DNA of 64,000 nucleotides, taken from Synergistales bacterium (lineage in GTDB: Bacteria > Synergistota > Synergistia > Synergistales > JAFGMB01). The stretch lies in contig OY762654.1 in assembly GCA_963666205.1 (NCBI GenBank), positions 1,376,001 through 1,440,000 on the forward strand, read 5' to 3'. Both the position numbers and the translations under genes were made by a program. Positions 61,209-64,000 of this stretch are shown here, one piece after another. The notes below the pieces were generated by a model. The model worked only from the letters and a program-made list of their open reading frames with translations. It did not search any database and had not been told where the DNA came from. The stretch's first letter is position 1; each line of letters starts with the position of its first letter.

Positions 61209-62444
61209 ATGGTTCAGCTTGACGGATACAACTTTGACCTTGAAAGATTCATGTCCAGAGAGGATTTCGACAGGATAAAGGAGTTCGCTTCCGATAAGCA
61301 GACTCCCTTTCTGGTGTTGGACCTGGAAAAGGTGGGAGAAAAATACGATGCACTCACTACTGCCTTTCCATTTTCCAAGGTTTATTATGCCATCAAGGCC
61401 AATCCCCACGACGAAGTTCTTAAACTCCTTGCCGCACGGGGTTCCTGCTTTGACTTCGCCTCTCCTTATGAACTGGACCAGATAATGGGTCTTGGAGTAA
61501 CTCCTGACAGGCTGAGTTACGGAAACACCATCAAGAAGGCCAAAGACATCGCCTACGCCTACAGCAGAGGTGTAAGGCTTTTTGCAACAGACTCCGAGAA
61601 CGATCTCAGAAAAATCGCTGAAAATGCACCCGGATCAAAGGTGTTCTTTAGGCTTCTGACTGACGGTAGCGGCGCAGACTGGCCTCTTTCAAGAAAGTTC
61701 GGAGCCCACCAGGACGTTATAATAAGCCTCATCGATCTGGCTTCAAAGCTTGATGTGGAACCCTATGGAGTATCCTTCCATGTAGGATCACAGCAGAGAG
61801 ATATCGGCCAGTGGGACAACGCCATTTCTTCATGCTGGTATATTTTCGACTGGGCCAGAGAAATGGGAATCGAGCTCAAGATGATAAACATGGGGGGAGG
61901 ATTCCCTGCCATGTACCAGGATCCCAATCTCGACTTCGAGGTATACCGTACGGAGATAACCCGATTCCTCAAGGACGACTTCGGAGATAACTTCCCTGAA
62001 ATAATAATTGAGCCCGGAAGATCCATGGTCGGTGATGCTGGAGTGCTTGTCTCTGAAGTGGTCCTCATATCCAAAAAAGCCGAATATAACCAGTATGTAT
62101 GGGTCTACCTGGATGCCGGAAAATTCGGAGGGCTCATAGAAACCCTGGATGAGGCCATCAAATATCCCATATTCGTGGACAAGGAAGGCCAGGCTCTTGA
62201 GGCCATTCTTGCAGGACCGACCTGCGACAGCATGGATATACTTTATGAAAACTTCAAATACACCGTTCCCGACACCATGGAAGAGGGAGACAGGATGTTT
62301 TTCTTTACCACAGGAGCTTATACCACGAGCTACTGTTCTATAAACTTCAACGGATTTCCTCCGCTGAAGGCTTATATTCTTCCGCAAAGGACAGAAAGTG
62401 AGAAGAAAAAGGAAGTCTATCAGACTGGAAATCTTTTTGAATAA
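61209..62444 (+). CDS. Type III PLP-dependent ornithine/lysine decarboxylase
   Basis: YAIKAN, FDFAS, SRKFG, SFHVGSQ, NMGGGFP, EPGR, GPTCDSMD, GAYT. Confidence 0.92.
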   Translation: MVQLDGYNFDLERFMSREDFDRIKEFASDKQTPFLVLDLEKVGEKYDALTTAFPFSKVYYAIKANPHDEVLKLLAARGSCFDFASPYELDQIMGLGVTPDRLSYGNTIKKAKDIAYAYSRGVRLFATDSENDLRKIAENAPGSKVFFRLLTDGSGADWPLSRKFGAHQDVIISLIDLASKLDVEPYGVSFHVGSQQRDIGQWDNAISSCWYIFDWAREMGIELKMINMGGGFPAMYQDPNLDFEVYRTEITRFLKDDFGDNFPEIIIEPGRSMVGDAGVLVSEVVLISKKAEYNQYVWVYLDAGKFGGLIETLDEAIKYPIFVDKEGQALEAILAGPTCDSMDILYENFKYTVPDTMEEGDRMFFFTTGAYTTSYCSINFNGFPPLKAYILPQRTESEKKKEVYQTGNLFE

Positions 62445-62655
62445 CCAGTCTTACCGCGAAGTCGCAAAGGACTCAAATCCGCCAAAAACCACTGAATAAA
62501 ACCGGGGACGGGCGGACTTTCAGCACGGGTCCGGAAGGTAGATAAATAGGCCAGTATGCCGGCTGTGCAAAATGGTAGACAAGATTTTGCATGAGAAAAC
62601 ATTGGACCTGTTTGATGGGCTAAAGCCCATCAAACAGGTTTTGACTGTGATTTTT

Positions 62656-62720
62656 AATCCAAAGTCTAAAATCCGCAATCCAAAATCGGCATGTGGCAAA
62701 TCAAGACCTGACCCCCCAAT
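62656..62720. repeat. Heptamer-like tandem (AATCCAA) followed by core site R5
   Basis: AATCCAAAGTCTAAAATCCGCAATCCAAAATC then AAATCAAGACCTGACCCC at 62698-62715. Confidence 0.8.
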
Positions 62721-62749
62721 TATTTTACTCTCTAAGGCTCATGACACTG

Positions 62750-63589
62750 CTATACAGAGGCCAGAAATTGATCAATAACGTCAATGTAATCGTCCGGAAG
62801 ATGAGCGTCTAATCGCTGCTCGACGGCGTGAAGCAGGGTGACTCGCTGAGTAATACCTTCCAGTATTAAGCCTGAAACAATCTTTAAAAGACGATTTTGT
62901 TCCCAAAACTCCTCAACTCGTACGGGTAGGCTATGAGATTCAACATACCATTCAACGGAGAACTGTTCAATTTTCTCCATCAATTTTTGAAACATTGCCG
63001 CAGTATAACAGGGAGTCGGGGCATACATGTTCGGGGCAAATGCATCACTCAAAAAGAGTGTGCGTTCCTCCTTAACATAAATCGCCAAGACGTCATTTGA
63101 ATGATCGGTGGGAATCCAATGAAGTTCGCAGGTAATACCGCCTAAATCAAGAATCAGGAGGCGCTCAAAATAGACGGATGGCAAACTGACCTGAATGTTT
63201 CGAGTATCCCCATATTCCTTGCGAATGGCATCAGCACAAAAGACGATCTCTTCTCCATCATGAACGCGTTGAAAAAGAGCCTCATCATCCCAACTCAAAC
63301 CTTTGAGACATGACAGGTTTTGGGCGATATTTTTGTGCCCAATTGCAGGTATTGAGAGATGAGACAAACCAAACGTATGATCCCAATGCCAATGTGTAAG
63401 AACGACCCAATCGGGATTTCTCTGTGTGCTGGCCTTCAGGGACTCCAGGAAAAGATCGGCGTGGGCAGGGGAATTCCCGGCATCGATCATTAGAACAGCA
63501 TCGTTTCCAAGGATGGCGGCAAGGATGGGGCGGTCAGTGGACGAGTCTGGCGGAAGATACAGAATTCGATCAGTGAGTTTTTTTAACAT
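62750..63589 (-). CDS. Metallo-beta-lactamase-fold hydrolase
   Basis: TDRP, IDAGNS, LTHWHWDH, DHS.D, FLSD, ESH; AAGGA SD before ATG 63589. Confidence 0.88.
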   Translation of the reverse strand: MLKKLTDRILYLPPDSSTDRPILAAILGNDAVLMIDAGNSPAHADLFLESLKASTQRNPDWVVLTHWHWDHTFGLSHLSIPAIGHKNIAQNLSCLKGLSWDDEALFQRVHDGEEIVFCADAIRKEYGDTRNIQVSLPSVYFERLLILDLGGITCELHWIPTDHSNDVLAIYVKEERTLFLSDAFAPNMYAPTPCYTAAMFQKLMEKIEQFSVEWYVESHSLPVRVEEFWEQNRLLKIVSGLILEGITQRVTLLHAVEQRLDAHLPDDYIDVIDQFLASV

Positions 63590-63732
63590 ATGACAGTCCT
63601 TAATCTGATGTTGTCTTGCTTGAGACGAAGTCCTCCTGCACATTGTCTATATACAGATGGAGTGAGATATAATGCTTCATTTGTCTTGCCACCTTATTTA
63701 AAACCATAAAATCCTGTTCATAACGGATGACT

Positions 63733-63846
63733 TCCGCCGCAAATCATCATGCAAAGAAGTTAAGGCGGACTTACAGCGCTGAACCCACGCAGAGGAAGAT
63801 CATAGACCCTTTATGTCACTGTGCAAAATGATGATACCATTTTCCT
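63733..63846. repeat. REP-like TCCGCC...GGCGGA element, fourth copy
   Basis: 41/45 match to 41713-41757; tail AAAATGATGA..CCATTTT shared with ~42198-42217. Confidence 0.85.
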
Positions 63847-63868
63847 TATTCTATTTGCTGTAAGAATT

Positions 63869-64000
63869 TTAATGTGGGTTATACCCTCTGGAATGCGGAC
63901 AAAGGACTCTACATTCAAAGCATTTGATTCTCCATTCTCCACCATCTTCTTCTCCAAATGCATAATCCCAGCATTTCTTTTGATCCATAAAGTGGCTTCC
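63869..64000 (-). CDS. 3' end of a 4Fe-4S protein (epoxyqueuosine-reductase-like), truncated by the window edge
   Basis: Reads ...KKCWDYAFGEEDGGEWRIKCFECRVLCPHSRGYNPH* with CxxCxxxCP. Confidence 0.6.
   Translation of the reverse strand, partial: GSHFMDQKKCWDYAFGEEDGGEWRIKCFECRVLCPHSRGYNPH

Overview
Bacterial chromosomal window, probably from an anaerobic amino-acid fermenter of the Synergistota (inferred from a Synergist-CTERM-like tail at 45842-47590 and the many TAXI-TRAP, Opp and amidohydrolase genes). The backbone holds two TAXI-TRAP loci, an Opp/Dpp peptide-uptake operon with peptidase, M20 amidohydrolases, MprF, NfeD/SPFH, TrmO and an ornithine decarboxylase. Accessory-looking genes are interspersed: a 2932-aa cyclic beta-1,2-glucan synthase, a PhrB-type photolyase, an AbiE toxin-antitoxin pair, RhuM, a P3A H+-ATPase, an SBD-HNH + McrBC type IV restriction cluster and an MBL hydrolase. 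The main unexplained structure is a dispersed site, core TCAAGGTCTGACCCCATT (minus strand AATGGGGTCAGACCTTGA). It lies 32-38 nt past the stop codon of three unrelated accessory genes. The rhuM gene sits between two identical 41-bp copies, and the matching 'empty' version of that locus is present at about 33.8-34.3 kb. This suggests a site-specific, cassette-like gene-capture system whose recombinase is not in the window. No rRNA, tRNA, CRISPR array or intact transposase/integrase was recognised. All calls are from reading the sequence; no database search was run.
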